Notes under the pieces: model-generated
Database searches by the model: none
The model's input: only the letters and a program-made list of their open reading frames with translations
Told to the model about the DNA's origin: nothing
Shown: positions 32,191-46,759 of the stretch, piece by piece
How positions within the stretch are numbered: position 1 is the stretch's first letter
Layout: each line of letters opens with the position of its first letter
Translations under genes and position numbers: made by a program
Assembly: GCF_037042905.1 (NCBI RefSeq)
Contig: NC_087246.1
Location: forward strand, 1,862,001 to 1,926,000
Length of the DNA: 64,000 nt
Origin: Lytechinus pictus
Lineage: Eukaryota
Direction of reading: 5' to 3'

Positions 32191-35100
32191 CTTCATCAGT
32201 AACGAAGTCGTAGGGTTCTGGTTTGGCTGCCTGAGTAGTAGGAGGAGGAGGTGCTGCTTTTGTTGGTGTTCTTGGTTTCTTCAATGGAGAGTTCACCGGA
32301 GTGGTCTCTGGACTCATTGCCTCAGAGCTTGGTGCTCGATCAAGCTGTTTATTACTCCGCATCTGATTCGCAAGACGCTCGACAGGGGATCTAGGTGTAG
32401 GGATGACCATAGTTCAATATATAGATTATTTACTATATAAAAGGAAAAAAGTGTACTAAGATGGATTTGGGATCATAAGCCTGGATACATAATCCACTTA
32501 TGATACAACTTTACAATGGTCACCTATCTTCCAGTGTGTGAGTTACATTCCGTTATATTCCTCCAACAGGGAATAGAACGCTGTATGTCCAACCAAGAAC
32601 CTACTCTTGATGGCAGACAAAAAAAATGAAGATTAGGTTCGCGATGTTTTCTCAGTGTTGAGCATTAAGAATACCGTAACAAACTAACACATATTATAAA
32701 ACTTAGTAACAGAACCAAGCTCGCCCATTAGAAAAATCGAATCACGCGTGAAACATTCAGCTACTAAGGAGACGAGTGATGTATTTAGAGCGGGCTCTAT
32801 AAACTATGTTAGTTAATACTGAGCATGTAGCCAACCTATCAGTATATCATTTAGTCTCTGGAACGGTGGGCTAGGGATTTGCGTCATTAGCGAGGGCGTG
32901 AATTAGAGGAAGATAAATTAAATTATCTTTGAGGAAAATCATACGCTATAAAAAAGATTAAAACATTGGCTCGACATAAAGAGAAGGAGAACACAGTCTG
33001 CGTAACTTAGCGACCGCAGTGATATAGCAACGGAACCGCCACCTCCGTTCCATCTATGTTCATTTTTTTTCACTGCCTAATCCATGGTCTATTTAGTTTT
33101 ACTGTGGGCGACCAACTGCTAAAAGGTTGAACAGCTCATTTCTTTGACATTATCTTACAGAAAAGCCAAAACAATTTCTTATCATGGTGCAAGCTGCGGC
33201 TGGCAAATATTTCCTTAAGTCAAGCCGGTAATCGAATTAACTCCGTTCGAAAATACATGACTGAAAAAAAAAAAATATTGGTATGTGTTTTGGAACAAAT
33301 ATTAAAGTAGCTCTCACATTATACAGTTTTGTTTGACATTACTTCAATTTTTACGAATTCCTTTTTTAATTCGTTTTCTGAGTCACAAGCGTGATTTTAA
33401 AGGCAAGCCACATTCCAAATCTGAAACACGTCAACAATAACATCAACAACTGCATTCCTTCTTGAAATTATTGTGCAACTCGTTCGTCGTTAATTCATCT
33501 TCTTTTATCAGCAAGTAGCGGATTGCTGGATTGTATAACTATAAGTCGTACGTTCATGTCTCAACGAATATTAATACGATTGATTAATATATCAATAATA
33601 ATATTGATATCAGTGACCGTAGAATTAACGCGTGTGAAGGTAATGTTACTGATAATCGTTTTGGAGACGATCTGGATAAATCTATTTCCCAAAGGAAAGC
33701 TGAGCAAAGATGTACATAATTCACATCACCAAGCTCTGGTAAATATCATAACCTGAACTTTTATATGAATAAATGCTTTTAATTCCACGACAGAAACTAC
33801 TAAACAATATTAATACATCGCCGTACATGCGGGCTAATGGAAACTTATTATTGGAGCATAAGATAATACACAGAAAATACACCTTTTTTATCCAAAATAC
33901 TGGAGCTGTGCCCTGTGTCACATATTTTGTTATAAAGATCAATCCGAAGACATAGTTGCATCTGATTGATTTAAAAAAAAATGCACGCAGACATGTTACT
34001 ACTTCCAAACCTAGTAGTAGTAGTAGTCATGGTAGTAGTAGTAGTATTTATTTCCGTATTAAAAGCACAATTATATGCCATAAAATACGGTGGATAGCCC
34101 GCTGGTCTTCCGTGGGGATGGGACAATTTGAGAGGATGAATATGTATAAAGAGTACCAACATTTATATCACCTAGGTTTATTGGAAATATGACGTGAGTA
34201 TTGTATCAAGCCCTCTTAACACCAGATGAAGCTCCGGCTAGTTGTTGAAATTAATAAGAACACCAAGGACGCGACGCCAACTTGTTTAATTTTCTCGAGA
34301 AAAATGTGAAATTGTCACGTTCATGCTACACCCTCGTCACGTTTATGTTGTGTGTTCGGTGTTCCCACTGAGTTTATAATTTTGCGCGCAGAAGCGGTCC
34401 ATGCTGCGTCGTAACGGATCCCGCTACGTCCTCTCTACATCCACCAATGACTTGTCATATCTTCGTCTGTTTGGACGTAGCGCCAACTGAGTTCGCGTGG
34501 TTGCCGAGTAGTGGTCAGTGTGGGAGTACAGTAGACATGGACAAAATTGTTGCCACGTTCTTTCAGTATCCGCCACATCGATGGACCTGTCAGTAGGTTC
34601 TTATTGCGTCATTACTAGGGAACTTTTTAGACAACGCTCCCGCTACGTGGACTTTGGACATGTTCAAAGTCCATGGAGCGGTATATTTGTCTCTTGAGAT
34701 CATGCACACTATGCCATGCCAATAATAGTTCTTGCTACGCTCTCCGAGCGCTGTAGCAGTTCCCACTGCGTCATGGCCATTTTTATTTGACGCAACGAGA
34801 GCTGCTTGGGCGTAGCGTTGGGGGGGGGGGGGGGGGGGTTAAGGACAAACCACATAATTCTGGTTTACTGACCTGGAATATTGAGGAGGATGCTGTAACG
34901 TAGAAGCAGGTGAACTGTTCCCAGAAGCCACACGACCCTGACCATCTCGAAAGCTAAACTTCCGTCTGCTTGGTTGAGGGGTGAAATAACGATGACGACT
35001 CCCAATGTACTTCTCCATCTCAGAAGGTGATATCCCTCCCTCAAGGGTCCTATTGCGAGATACTCCTGTGATACAACGATCATATCAATGATAATCTATT

Positions 35101-35319
35101 TTTATTTTTTTAATTTAAAGATTAGTGGTACTGACCAAATACTAGATACAAGACACAGAAATGTGCTTTCCACTGGCATTAAATAAGACGACTCCAAGAG
35201 ATTGTTTAAGAAACTAGGTATTATATGTATAGAAATAGATTACTCTATCGTGTCTATAGTCCACATATCTTCATTGGACATTGCAGGTTATTAGTTGATG
35301 ATACAGATATAACTTCTAA

Positions 35320-35351
<32 letters not shown>

Positions 35352-37688
35352 GAGTAAGTAATTAAGAAAAAATACATAACTACCCAAGGAATAAGTCCCG
35401 ATCTATTTGTATTTCATTTTCTTTAATTAAAAGTTAATGATCTACCCTTTATGTATAGCGACTAGCATTTCAAAAAAAATCTCAAGGCAATGATATAATA
35501 GGAAATATGCATCTTAAATAAAGATAAATATGAGACGAGGTTATTAAATCATCCAATTATCGATAAAATTCTTATATTATCATACATATGATTTTCTTCC
35601 TTCTATATAGATGCACTTCGTCTAGTTTCTACCAATAAACCATGGACACAAATCGCATGGCCCTCATCATTGAGTTGCTTTGCTACAGATGTCGTGCCTT
35701 GTTTAATTTTCTTCAACATTTTTAAGACGTCGTTTAACCTAACTCCGTCTGATTTCAATAACGGTAATTACGAACTATATACGATTTGTTAGAAGTGGCT
35801 ATCGTTTTCACATCTCAGTGATAAAAACAAACATTAATCTCATTAGCTCAGAACTGGCTTCATAAAACCGCATCCATTTTGTAATTGAATGTTAGAGGGA
35901 GTGCTCGAGAAGTTTTGTCTATCAACCGATTACAAAAAGTTCATAAGTTCACAAAATTTAAGATGTTTTCTAAGATTAGTTCTTCAACATTAATATCTCA
36001 CCAGCAATGACGAAATACCCGGATGATAAAATACCCGGATGCAAGCAATAGTCTCCTCTTGATTGATGTAACATTAAAGCAACCTGATTAGAATAATGAA
36101 TTAGACAAAAATATACATACGCATGCAAAATCATAACATGGTTAATACTTTTACGTCATGATTATAGAGCTCTGAATAGTGTGTTCAGTCCCCTGTCACA
36201 ATGGAGCAACTGGTATGGAGACAGAGTTTTCTATTATCGTGATAATAGCAGTATTATGAAATGATATCAAACTCAAATTAACAAAAAAAGATTAATATAT
36301 GAGCTGAGGTACATGGTAGTGGGCTTGTAATGGGAGTGGAATACATGGTCGCATAAATGAATATGATAATGGTCATGCCATGGCAGAGAAAATACTGCTG
36401 ATCGTTGAGTAACTCACTAGGCTTCGTGTTTTCATCGTCAAAATCGTTGATACTTTCTTTATTGGCAGCGGCTGCTCGTCTGATTCGAGAGTTACATGAC
36501 GGGTCAGACTTCCGGCGACCAATAGGAGGCCTAGTAGGTGCCTAAGAGACAGGAAGTGATGGTAGAATTATGTTATATAAAATATATATATATTTATTTC
36601 GAAGTACTCAAGATTGTCAAGAATTTTACAATAAGGAGACATGGTATGCACATTTCTGATTTATCATATTGTATTGTATTTTGTTTAGTTGGCATTGGTG
36701 CTGTTAACTGGCTGCTGTAAAGGTCACACTCAATATGTAGTGATTCAAATTTAACCAGATCATCAGCTAAGGCAAGTGACTCATGTTAGAGACGTAACTG
36801 AAAACAAATTCATTCCCGAGGGGAAAAACTGAGGTAGACGTCTTGTTTTCGGGAGAAGTGATGTTGTCTGATGTTAGCGAATATCGCTATACCCACTTTA
36901 CAATTTACAAAAATGAATTGATTTCACTGACCATTTTCTCACTTCAATCTACAAGTACTGTTTCAATAGAAGGATATACTTTATTGATTTACAAATGTCA
37001 CCCACAACATCATGACAGTCTCGTAAAAGTCCAATTGGATTTTAGATTATAATTGATTTGTTTTATATTTAGAAATTTGGTTCATATAAGTCCTTCTATC
37101 CCTTTAAACAGTGAAGCTGTCATACCTTCCTCTTTGGTTGAATGGGTTCGCCCTCGTCATATTCCGGCGTAATTCGGAGCCCTTCGGGTGTAAACACACT
37201 TCCTGCCGTACTGGGTGTGCTTGATGTACTATTAGTCTTGGCGATACTTGCTCTGACCTGGGCGCTTGGTGGTTTTAAGGCTCGCTTTGTCAGTATTCCA
37301 GCACTGGCGCTTCCATTACCGCTGTCTAAACTGGTATCCAACGATCCAGTCTGCTCTCCAGAGTCCGGGCTAGGGCTTCCGAAGGTTCCTGTTCGTTTAG
37401 GGATGGTAAGGGTGAGCTTCGGTTGTCTGGAGCCATGTTCCTGGACAGGGGGTGTCTGGGGTTTCTGTGAGATTTGTGGCTTGGTAGTGATGTGAGTTTT
37501 TACCGATGGGTTAGGCTTCAGGGCCTTCCTCTTAGCAGGTTGAGGAGTGTAGTAGCGGTGACCAGGATGAGGTACTGCTCCGTTCGGTGAAGATTGATTT
37601 TGGTAGTCTTCTCCATCGTGGCTTTTGTTATTGCTATCTTCATCTTCGTCCTGTAGTCGAGAAAGGCTACTCGAACGAATAATTCTCC
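32191..37688 (-). CDS. Upstream S/P/R-rich exons of the DC-STAMP-family gene: 37126-37688, 36418-36541, 34873-35065, 32191-32390
   Basis: In-frame joins ...IQPKRK|APTRPPIGRRKSD...NTKP R|VSRNRTLEGG...PPQYS R|SPVERLANQ...FVTDE E|VNVAQK, all at GT..AG boundaries. Confidence 0.72.
34210..34841. mobile_element. Probable PIF/Harbinger-like MITE
   Basis: GC-richer island with repeated gctacg/cgtagc motifs, bounded by aagccctcttaacac and a G-run ending ggttaa; termini imperfect. Confidence 0.4.
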
Positions 37689-39499
37689 CTGAAAGAATTT
37701 CAAGTATGCAATTAATTAATGACAATATACGAATTTCCATCAACTTGTAAAAGAATTTAAAAAAATGACCTACACACCGACAATTTCATTCATTTGTATT
37801 TTTCAATTCAGTAACGTACGTTAATTACTGTACAGGTTTTAAGACATCAAAGATAAAATAATTATTATTGTAGATGGGTGGTAAGCAGTAGAACGACCAG
37901 AAAAGTTACATATCTCAAAATTATAACCATGATAATAATAGAACAAAGGTATTGACACAGAAAGAAGATTAGGCAAATTTGAAGGTATTCACAACTCCTT
38001 GGTTACGGAGAGACATGAAGTGAAGGAAATGAGGTACTTTTTTAACATGCTTATACAGGAGTCTAATACTAAGACAAACTTGGGAGCCATCCAGGGTTGG
38101 ATGTAAAACTGTTTTTGGTAATCCACAAATCCGGTTGACAAGATTAATTCTATATTTTAATAGTCTGCCACTACACAACAAGTTAATATAATCCATTGGA
38201 ATTACGAGTTAATACATAAATATGTAAGAGGGGGCTTATTCGATTATTAAAAAACAAAAACAAAAAACTGGACGAACTAAAAAAGAATCCAGGACCAGAT
38301 GAGAAACTGTCATCCATTCAATTCCAATGTCCAGTGGAAAAAAATCACTTCTAAGCGGTATTGAAATATAAAAGTATCCTATCTATTTTAAGTGCATCAT
38401 ATTTACATGTAAAACAATATAAGACATATTGATACTGTGTGATTTGAATAAATTTTCAAAGGAAATTTAAATTAACACAAATCTCAAACATGAACTTACT
38501 ACACTTTTCAAAAAACAAATATCTGTCATTTCTAATAATCGTTTACATGATAGACGTGATTTCACGCCTTGATAGTATGACTCTTCATTAGCCAAAAAAG
38601 TTCTAAAAACCTCAAGTCACGATCATGTTACAAGGCAAAGTTTATTTAAAGCACCATTTGTTGACACCCTGGGAATACGAATTCTTTTTCACTACACAAC
38701 TTCACAACCCCATTGGGAAAGATATATCAGATTGAAAAATCTACTAATCATGTAAATGAATCACCGAAATTAGACATTTAGCAATAGAGACTTGAATATA
38801 CCGACTTAAATGTAATTTTGTCAGTAATATGATGAATGGAATAGGGTTGAAGTGTGTCAAATTCTTCAAAATGTTCTTACAAAAAATACAACAACTTCTT
38901 TCAATGTGCCATCTTTCCTGGATCCATGCATGTGAATGACACAGGTATACAATGAAGTCACTCTTTAGTTTGGTCGCTGACCCCCCCCCCCCCAACCCAA
39001 CGGGAAGGTTAGAGATAGCAATAACAGGAAATCAGGAAACGCGCCTAAAAGATTTACTGGGCGGACTAAAAACTGCAGGATTTTCACTTGGTTGGTAAGT
39101 CACCTAGTGTAAGTCTATTTAGACCTTTCTTGTAGAAACTCGACTGAATCAACGAAATGCTACCTTTAAGGAATCTAATAAAATGATGATAATAGGTACA
39201 AAATCTATACTGGTCAACTAAACAGGGGATCTGAAGAAGACAAACAAATAAGACGATAAACTTATATCAAGGCGGGACCCATGCATGGGAGGAGGGAACA
39301 TGAATATGATTTTTCATGAATAACATTTGGGGTAAAAGTTTTTACCCGATTTTCTACACCCCTGGATATTACAAAACCAAACATAAATATTACCCCGCTA
39401 TGTCTCTACACCAACCTCGCAAACATGCTACAATGCAATAAATTGGCCTAGACGTTAATTGAGTATAGGTGAACAAGTTAATGATAATAATAATAATAA

Positions 39500-39710
39500 C
39501 GGCATGTTTACCCAGGGTAGCCACTTCAGTTCCGAAAACTGTTCTCCCAGCATGCCCTGTTATTATTATTACCCCGGTTTAAGCACGGATAACTTGATAG
39601 GGCGCTCGAGCATTCGAGGAATTTCTTCCTACCGGGTACCCATTCACCTCACCTGGGTCGAGTGCAGCACAATGTGGATAAATTTCTTGCCGAAGGAAAA
39701 TACGCCACAA
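39500..39710 (-). mobile_element. 5'-truncated tRNA-derived SINE
   Basis: gggtacccattcacctcacctgggtcgag..gataaatttcttgccgaaggaaaa matches the 42888-43088 copy; (AAT)n run at its 3' end (~39483-39499). Confidence 0.7.
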
Positions 39711-40258
39711 GCTCGTTGTTTTATGCACATGTATTTATTTATTTAGTTTTACTTTTTAGGGGGGGGGGATAGGATGGCAGTTTGGCACGAAAAACAAACG
39801 ATTATTTTGAGAGCAAGAAAGTCTGTTTTGTGAAATAAATGCACGAGAACTTCGATTTGTCTAGACCCCATAATCCAGTAATAAATTGAAATGAAATGTT
39901 TGCTCTCAAATATCAATTAGCTTATATCATTCATCGGCTTATGAAAGATGGTTCTAAATTTGATATCACGCATCGCCTTTCACTCTGCATGACTTTGTAA
40001 AGTGCAAGTTTTGCAAAAAACAAACAAACAGGAATACAGATTGTCAAGATTTGAGCTCAAATCATCTTCCTCGGCAATTAACAGTGCATGAAGAATGCTT
40101 ACAAAATAATTGCATTTGGACTGTTAACGAAAAAAAAAGTGTTTTAAAGTCATGCGAAATCTTATGAATTCATCCAACTTAATGTATGACAGGCGATTTT
40201 GCTTATGTATAACCTAAAATACATATTTTGTTAATTGTTTGAAAGCAACATTTCTATG

Positions 40259-40311
40259 TAGTGGCGTATTTAGGACAAACGGCACCCGAGGCAAGTGCTA
40301 AAATTGCGCCT

Positions 40312-40358
<47 letters not shown>

Positions 40359-41499
40359 AGTGCGATGATATTTTTCAACAGACGTTAAGACGGAACACTC
40401 GATTTTTATTTTTTTTGTAAAGATAAACATGATGCTTAGCTACCTAAACAATGAATGTGAGCGGGAAGGGTGAGCTGAAAATTATTGATGTTCAGACCTG
40501 AAAAGGAGCATTTAAAAAGTCCCTTTTTTAGGAATTCATAGAGATGACATGTATCTCGTTAAATAAATCGACCGAATACGAGGGCGAAGCGCGATCCTAA
40601 TTTATTTTAGATCATAAGACTAAATATTCTAAGCACTTTTTGTAATCATTAACATGATGTATATAAATTTATAAAAAATTAATGCGAGCGCGAAGTGCGG
40701 GCTGAAAATTATTGATATTTAAACATGAGATCGGGACATTTTAGGAACAAGTAATCCCAATATGCGTATGTAACTAAGCAATAAACGCAAGCCGAAGGGT
40801 GAGCTGAAATTTTTGATAAACTCACCAAGGGGAAAATTTTAAGGACTATTTTTTTTGGAATTAATGAAAAGGATATACACTCTTAAAAATGTTGGGCAAC
40901 ATTCTGTCCACACAACAAATGTTTAAAACTTTATGCAATTCTGGGTAGTTTTAAACCAATAATGTGTGCGCTTTGGGTAAAAACTACACAGTATTCGTAT
41001 TGGTTGAAAACTACCCAGAGTTGGATACATTTTTAACCAATTGTTGTGTGAAAATTATGTTTCCCAAAATTGTAAGAGTGTACCTATCTCATTGGTGTAA
41101 TACGAGTTTTTATCAATATATCCTAACCATGCAATAAAAGGATTGCTTGTAAAAAAGAGGATTTGTTTATTCCTTCTCAAATCAGCGCGTTATAAAAAGC
41201 TTTGAAAATTAAGCCAGAAAAATTTGTATTTCAGAATTGTTTGTAAGAATTAAGATTAACGTATCAAAGTAATGAATATTAGCTTTTCAAATGCAAACCC
41301 GCAGCTAGAGATGAAAAGTTATGATATTTGCGTTTGAAATTGAAATATTTCATAGACTGTTTGTTGGAATTCTTGAAGAGAAATAAGTATGTCACTAATC
41401 AAAAGTTGGCATAAATATTCATCACTTGGTAAAGGCATGCAAGATTTGAAAGTGGCACCCGGGGCACGTGCCCCCTTACCCCCCGTAGAAACGCCACTG
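40259..41499. mobile_element. hAT-like non-autonomous element containing a nested palindromic MITE
   Basis: TAGTGGCGT...ACGCCACTG termini flanked by tttctatg / tttatatg (8-bp TSD, 1 mismatch); internal gcgagcgcgaag..gctgaaaatt subrepeats. Confidence 0.8.
40878..41080. mobile_element. Palindromic MITE (same family as 14499-14677) nested in the hAT-like element
   Basis: ta|CACTCTTAAAAATGTTGGGCAACA...TGTTTCCCAAAATTGTAAGAGTG|ta. Confidence 0.85.
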
Positions 41500-41749
41500 T
41501 TTATATGTAATGCCAGCATATATTAGACCAACACAATCATACTTTGAATAAAAAATATACCCCAAAAGCATTTCGCGATGACCCTACATACAGTAATGGT
41601 CAATGTAAAAATGCACCGATATGAAGTTTACCTGAATGTACAATATACACAATGAATTAATTTGTACTTTTGCTTCATTCCCATGTTGAACCTTAGAAGA
41701 GTTCACTAAAACATACATTTACAGGGTTGGTGCTTAGAATCTGGGGACT

Positions 41750-41901
41750 GGGACCCGTTTCATAAAAACTTACAAACATTGCCATAATTGTAACTACCAC
41801 GGAAACAGTGAATGTGATTGATTATTTATTTATAATATATACCATGGTAGTTGCCCTTGATGGAAAGTTAGCATAGTTGGAAGTCTTTATGAAACGGGAC
41901 C
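41750..41901. mobile_element. Small MITE
   Basis: TIRs gggacccgtttcataaa / tttatgaaacgggaccc; inner aactacca / tggtagtt. Confidence 0.7.
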
Positions 41902-42887
41902 CGGTCTGGATCTTCGTAATAGGAAACCGGGTTTAACCTTTAATTCCGTTTGTTTTCTAGCAGTGGCTTCCTATATTACATGTTTGGAACCCGATATGAC
42001 GAACTAATGACTTGACAGTTTAAAAACTAAGATACTAATTCTTGACGAGAATATGCAGCAGATTTAGTTTCCAATGTTAGACTGATCATGCCTTAAACTG
42101 CATAAGCTGAGCGTCTTGATCATCGAATTGAGATGGAAAGTGCGTTATAAAACTTTAATATATATTATTAGGATTGCATATATGGGCCGGCGATCGGGGG
42201 GGGGGGGGGCAGATGCCTTCCTTAAATATCGATTTCAGGGCGACTCCATACGTGTCGTACGGGACATTTCGACAATATCTAGTCTTTTAGCTGAATGCTT
42301 GAGCAATGACATTTCTTTTTTTGTTAAATATACAGTTAGAGTGGGCAGTCATGTGAAAAAGTGATAACCAACAAAAACTGTTTGATTGTAGGTGAATTAA
42401 AGGTGAAAATGTTGTGTGTCGGACGGGACTCAGAAGTGTCCCATAACATTTTCACCTCTAATTCCCCCATGAACGACATATTAATGATGGATGTCATTTT
42501 TTTTACATGACTACTCAGTAGTACTTTATTATCACCACAAATCAAATGGAAGTTCCTCTTTTTTTTTGGACAACAGGTTGAAAAAAGTCGTGAAAATTGC
42601 TGATTTTTCTAGCATGGAATCGCCCTTTATCAGCATCCAGTGGGAGAAGGTATATCTCGTGCCACAAGAGATGCTAGGGGACCAAAAACCTTACTAGAGA
42701 AGTCAACACTTTCAAATTTGTCAGATATATCGCTGTCTATTATTCTCAGCATTTTGTAAACCTTGTTTTTTATAGCATAAAGGAAATAGAAGTCTCTAAG
42801 AATAGTAGAATATGTTATAACAGTGCTGCACAATACTAGTATAAATGCTCTTTTATTACCTTTATCGTCACTACAGTAATGGAGTGT

Positions 42888-43088
42888 AATTACCCTGGCT
42901 TCAGCAGAGCAACTGTTACACGCGCTGCGTTTCAAGGAATAGATTCACACCTGGTACCTATCCACCTCACCTGGGTTGAGCATAAGATAAATAAATTTAT
43001 TGCTGAAGGAAAACACGTCATGGCTTGGAATCGAACCCACATCCCTCAGATTGAAAGACGAGGGTCAACCACTAGACCACGATGCCCC
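42888..43088 (-). mobile_element. tRNA-derived SINE with Pol III A and B boxes
   Basis: Minus strand reads GGGGCATCGTGGTCTAGTGG (A box)...GGTTCGATTCC (B box)...CAACCCAGGTGAGGTGGATAGGTACC (conserved core). Confidence 0.8.
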
Positions 43089-46000
43089 ATGAATGGCTCA
43101 GTTAAAGACAAGCAAATGTTTTCCCTCACAACCCCCAAACATTGACATGACATTTCTTTACTGATTCGTGGAAACAAACACACATAAAAAAATAGTTAAT
43201 TCTTCCACCGGAAACATCTCATCATGACAAAGCAAACCATCAATTTAAAATCCTATTTCGCTCGAGCGTTAGCTGAATTACGCTTTGTTTATTTTCGTCG
43301 GATGCTTAGAAATAATGTTGTTCTGTAATTATCAATCCAAAACAAAAGTATCCTTCATCGGTGTGCCTATTGTGTCATTAAATCATTTGGGAACAACAAT
43401 AAACGAAGTCATGCCGATTTATCAATGCTTGTAATAATACAGACTCCATTCATGATGACATCTATATACATAAAAGACTAGTAGATCTGCAGCCTTAGAT
43501 AGCCATTAAAACCCGTATACATTGTTAGTTTATGTATTTTCAACAGTCTCATAAACAAATTGCAAGTTAAATGTTTGCCAACATAGACTAAAAATCTTTA
43601 GAGCGGAGTAATCGTCGCAGGAGCAAATGTCATGGAAACTAATTTTGAGCACATATTAACATATTATAATTATGCACCTTATTATCCACAGGGATTTGCC
43701 ATGAATGAAGGCATTGAATTTACTGAACCTACTCGATATTTTCGATTGTTTTTTTACGTTGGCCAATCTTTTGCAAACATTTACCTTGCATTATCATACC
43801 CTTGAAAATGTTTCCATGACATCTGCACCAGCGACAAATGCTCCGCTCTAAATTCCACTCACTAATCGAATGATCAACTTCTACCCTTTGTTTAACCATG
43901 GACCTATGGTTAACCCTATACCCTACCACTTTATCTTCGAATCTAAAAATATGAAATATTTCACATTTCAAAATGTTTCGTATTATACAAAAAAAGATAA
44001 TACTCAGATAATGGGAGTCGGATTTACCTTATCCAAGAACATTCCCTCATCATGGACCTATTTCTCTGACAGAGAAGTACGTCCATACCCTCATATAAAA
44101 AGCTGTGGAGTAATGACGCAAGACAGACTCTTGTGTATGTTAAACATTGTTTCTATGGATATGGAAGTTATTTTTAAAAGACATAAATTCTTTACTATCC
44201 CTATAAATAAAAGTATCAATCATCAAGTCCATGGTAATATAGTTACTCACAATGTTTAAGTTCGAAAATATGATCATGAATAAAGGGCATGTGGTTTGGA
44301 GGGAAGTGAATCACTTTAAATTAAAGGTCCTGTCAGTTAAATCGGCTAAAGAGGTACCTAGCATTATAAATAAAGACGAAATAGACGTGCAACGTCATGA
44401 GTAAAGTCATTAAAATAATTTCTGATACTTTTATTTTCTTTGATATCCATCATTCATCATTGTGTTACTTTTACAAACATATCTAGAGACTTTTAAGCGA
44501 TGTCGACTTTTGATCGAAAGTTCTCCAATGTTTGAAATGACAGGTGGAAACATAATGTTTCACAAGTCATCACAATATACAGCACAAGGCACAAGGCAAA
44601 ACAAATCGAAAAATAGGCCAAATGTGTTTGAACAATATAACTTGTTCTTCTTGCATAATTCTATATGACATGTAAGGACAATTCTTTATAAAAATTATTT
44701 CGTACATGAATGCAGTTTGAAAAGGTTATCAATATTTGATGTGACAGTGAACTTCCATTTTGAGTAGGTTGATTGAGGCCCATGAAACAAAACTATGCAA
44801 AAAGGGGATCAAGGAGATCAGAAACTTCTTTGTAAACGTTGCCAGTAAATGGTTTTCATGGTGATTCATTTAATATCAAATTCATATCGATGCGTTACTA
44901 AATCACATAAAAATAAAAACTGATTAAATTTTGAATATTTTTATTATTATCATTGTTTGTTTATCATTTATTTTGATGACCCGTTGTAGGGTTTTAATGA
45001 AGTCCTGAGAAGGAATGCACTCTCGGATCGCCATGGTTTACAAAACAAATGCGAGTGATCAGAAATGACAGAGGAAATGCATGTTAAAGCAGTAATAAAA
45101 AACATAAGCTTACATAAACATGTATACCATCCTGCGTATTTTCTAAAGTTTATATAAATGCTGAATAACCCAAATAATGAAATCAATAATGTTTATCAAA
45201 TAAATGTCCTAATTAAGCTTAATTTCTTTATGTTATTCTGGCGCTGCACAATGGCCGCCGGGCCCACGATCGATTGGGCAAATTTTTTTTTTTCGGAGTA
45301 TTTCTATTTCAGATTTCACGGATATACCTTCAATAAAAGAAGTACTAAAGAATGGTATGCTGACATGTATAGTGTTTTTAAATCGTATTTCAATGCACCA
45401 TTGTATATAACTTTTAGTTACACGGTAACTTTATGTTAACTTTGGCTGTTTTGTCAAACAAAAATTACGATGGTATTTTCAACGTGATAAAAATTAAGTT
45501 TTAGTCATCAGAGACCCATTAAAACTAACTCTATTCTATAATTATGGAATTTTTAAGGACAGTTAAATAGACTTCATAGAAAAATTGATAACCTACCATT
45601 GTTTGCTGAATCCATGACGTCATAAAAATTCTAAGTTAAAAGGTAATATATATTTATTCCATCGTTGCCCCCATAAACAATACTTGATTATAATCACAAT
45701 GGTTTGATCCACTCCGAATAAATATAGTTAGTAAAAACACAATCCGTAGAAACTTTCTCCGTCGACAGTTTCAAGATTCAAGCCAAATTGTCTACCCACA
45801 CGAGGCACACGAAAGGTATATCCATGGATCTTTTAAGTATGAACACTTGTTTGTTCAGCACAAATGAAAGTTTTTCACTGAAAATAAAGTTCGCGAAGAA
45901 GACCACGATATAAATTGATAGTTATCAATGATTGTTTGGTATGAGAATCAAAGTGTACCAAGGTATACATGCTATATATACCTTGATCGCGTATATGATA

Positions 46001-46578
46001 TCCTGACAATGCGACTTTTGATACAAAGCTTATTAAAGTGTTTTTTAATCGGTCATGAGCTGGTTAAAGTGAGTTTTTTTTAATACTTCCGTCGAACTTT
46101 TCGATATGAGTAAGATAGAATCAAGCGATCAGAGCGATATCGAATAGAAAGGAAGGACATGAATAAGAGGATACCATTTCCAAATTAGGGGTGTAAAGTT
46201 ACGTCACAGTAATTGAAGCCAATATAGTTTATTTTGGTGGTCTTATGGCTCAATCCCTTGTACGTAATGCCTAGAATTGATTCAGGAAATTAAAAAAAGA
46301 TAGATTAGTGAAAAGGTTAAATATTACGAGCCCTTAGTTCAACTAAAGTCTTGAGAATTTGAGGGAACATTATTGCTGCTTCGGAAAACTAATCAAAACA
46401 TGATGTATGCAGTATGCAATTGATCAGTGTACACCAATATAACAAAGCGTACAGACTATGATTCTTATTTGCTAGTGAGGACTGTTTTGATTTAAAGTTA
46501 CGCATGACTTATCGACGACTGGGATATGTCCTTATGCTAAATGGAATTAAAATGAATGACTGAATTCCCTATAACCTG

Positions 46579-46759
46579 CACTCTAAAAACGAAGAGCTAA
46601 TTTAGCTCTTAAAGAGCGTGTATAATGACTGCACTTCGGAGTGCTGATTTGTCTAGCTCAAATTTGAACGAGAAAAAATCAGCACTCAGAAGTGCAGTCA
46701 CTATACACGCTCTTTAAGAGCCAAATCAGTTCTTCGCAGCTCTTCGTTTTTTTAGAATG
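46579..46759. mobile_element. Palindromic MITE
   Basis: ctcttaaagagcgtgtataatgactgcacttcggagtgctgattt / aaatcagcactcagaagtgcagtcactatacacgctctttaagag; ends cactctaaaaa / tttttagaatg. Confidence 0.85.

Noticed and set aside
43020..43088. Functional tRNA gene
   Set aside because: A and B boxes are present but the sequence continues into a SINE body shared with other copies, and no proper acceptor stem is evident
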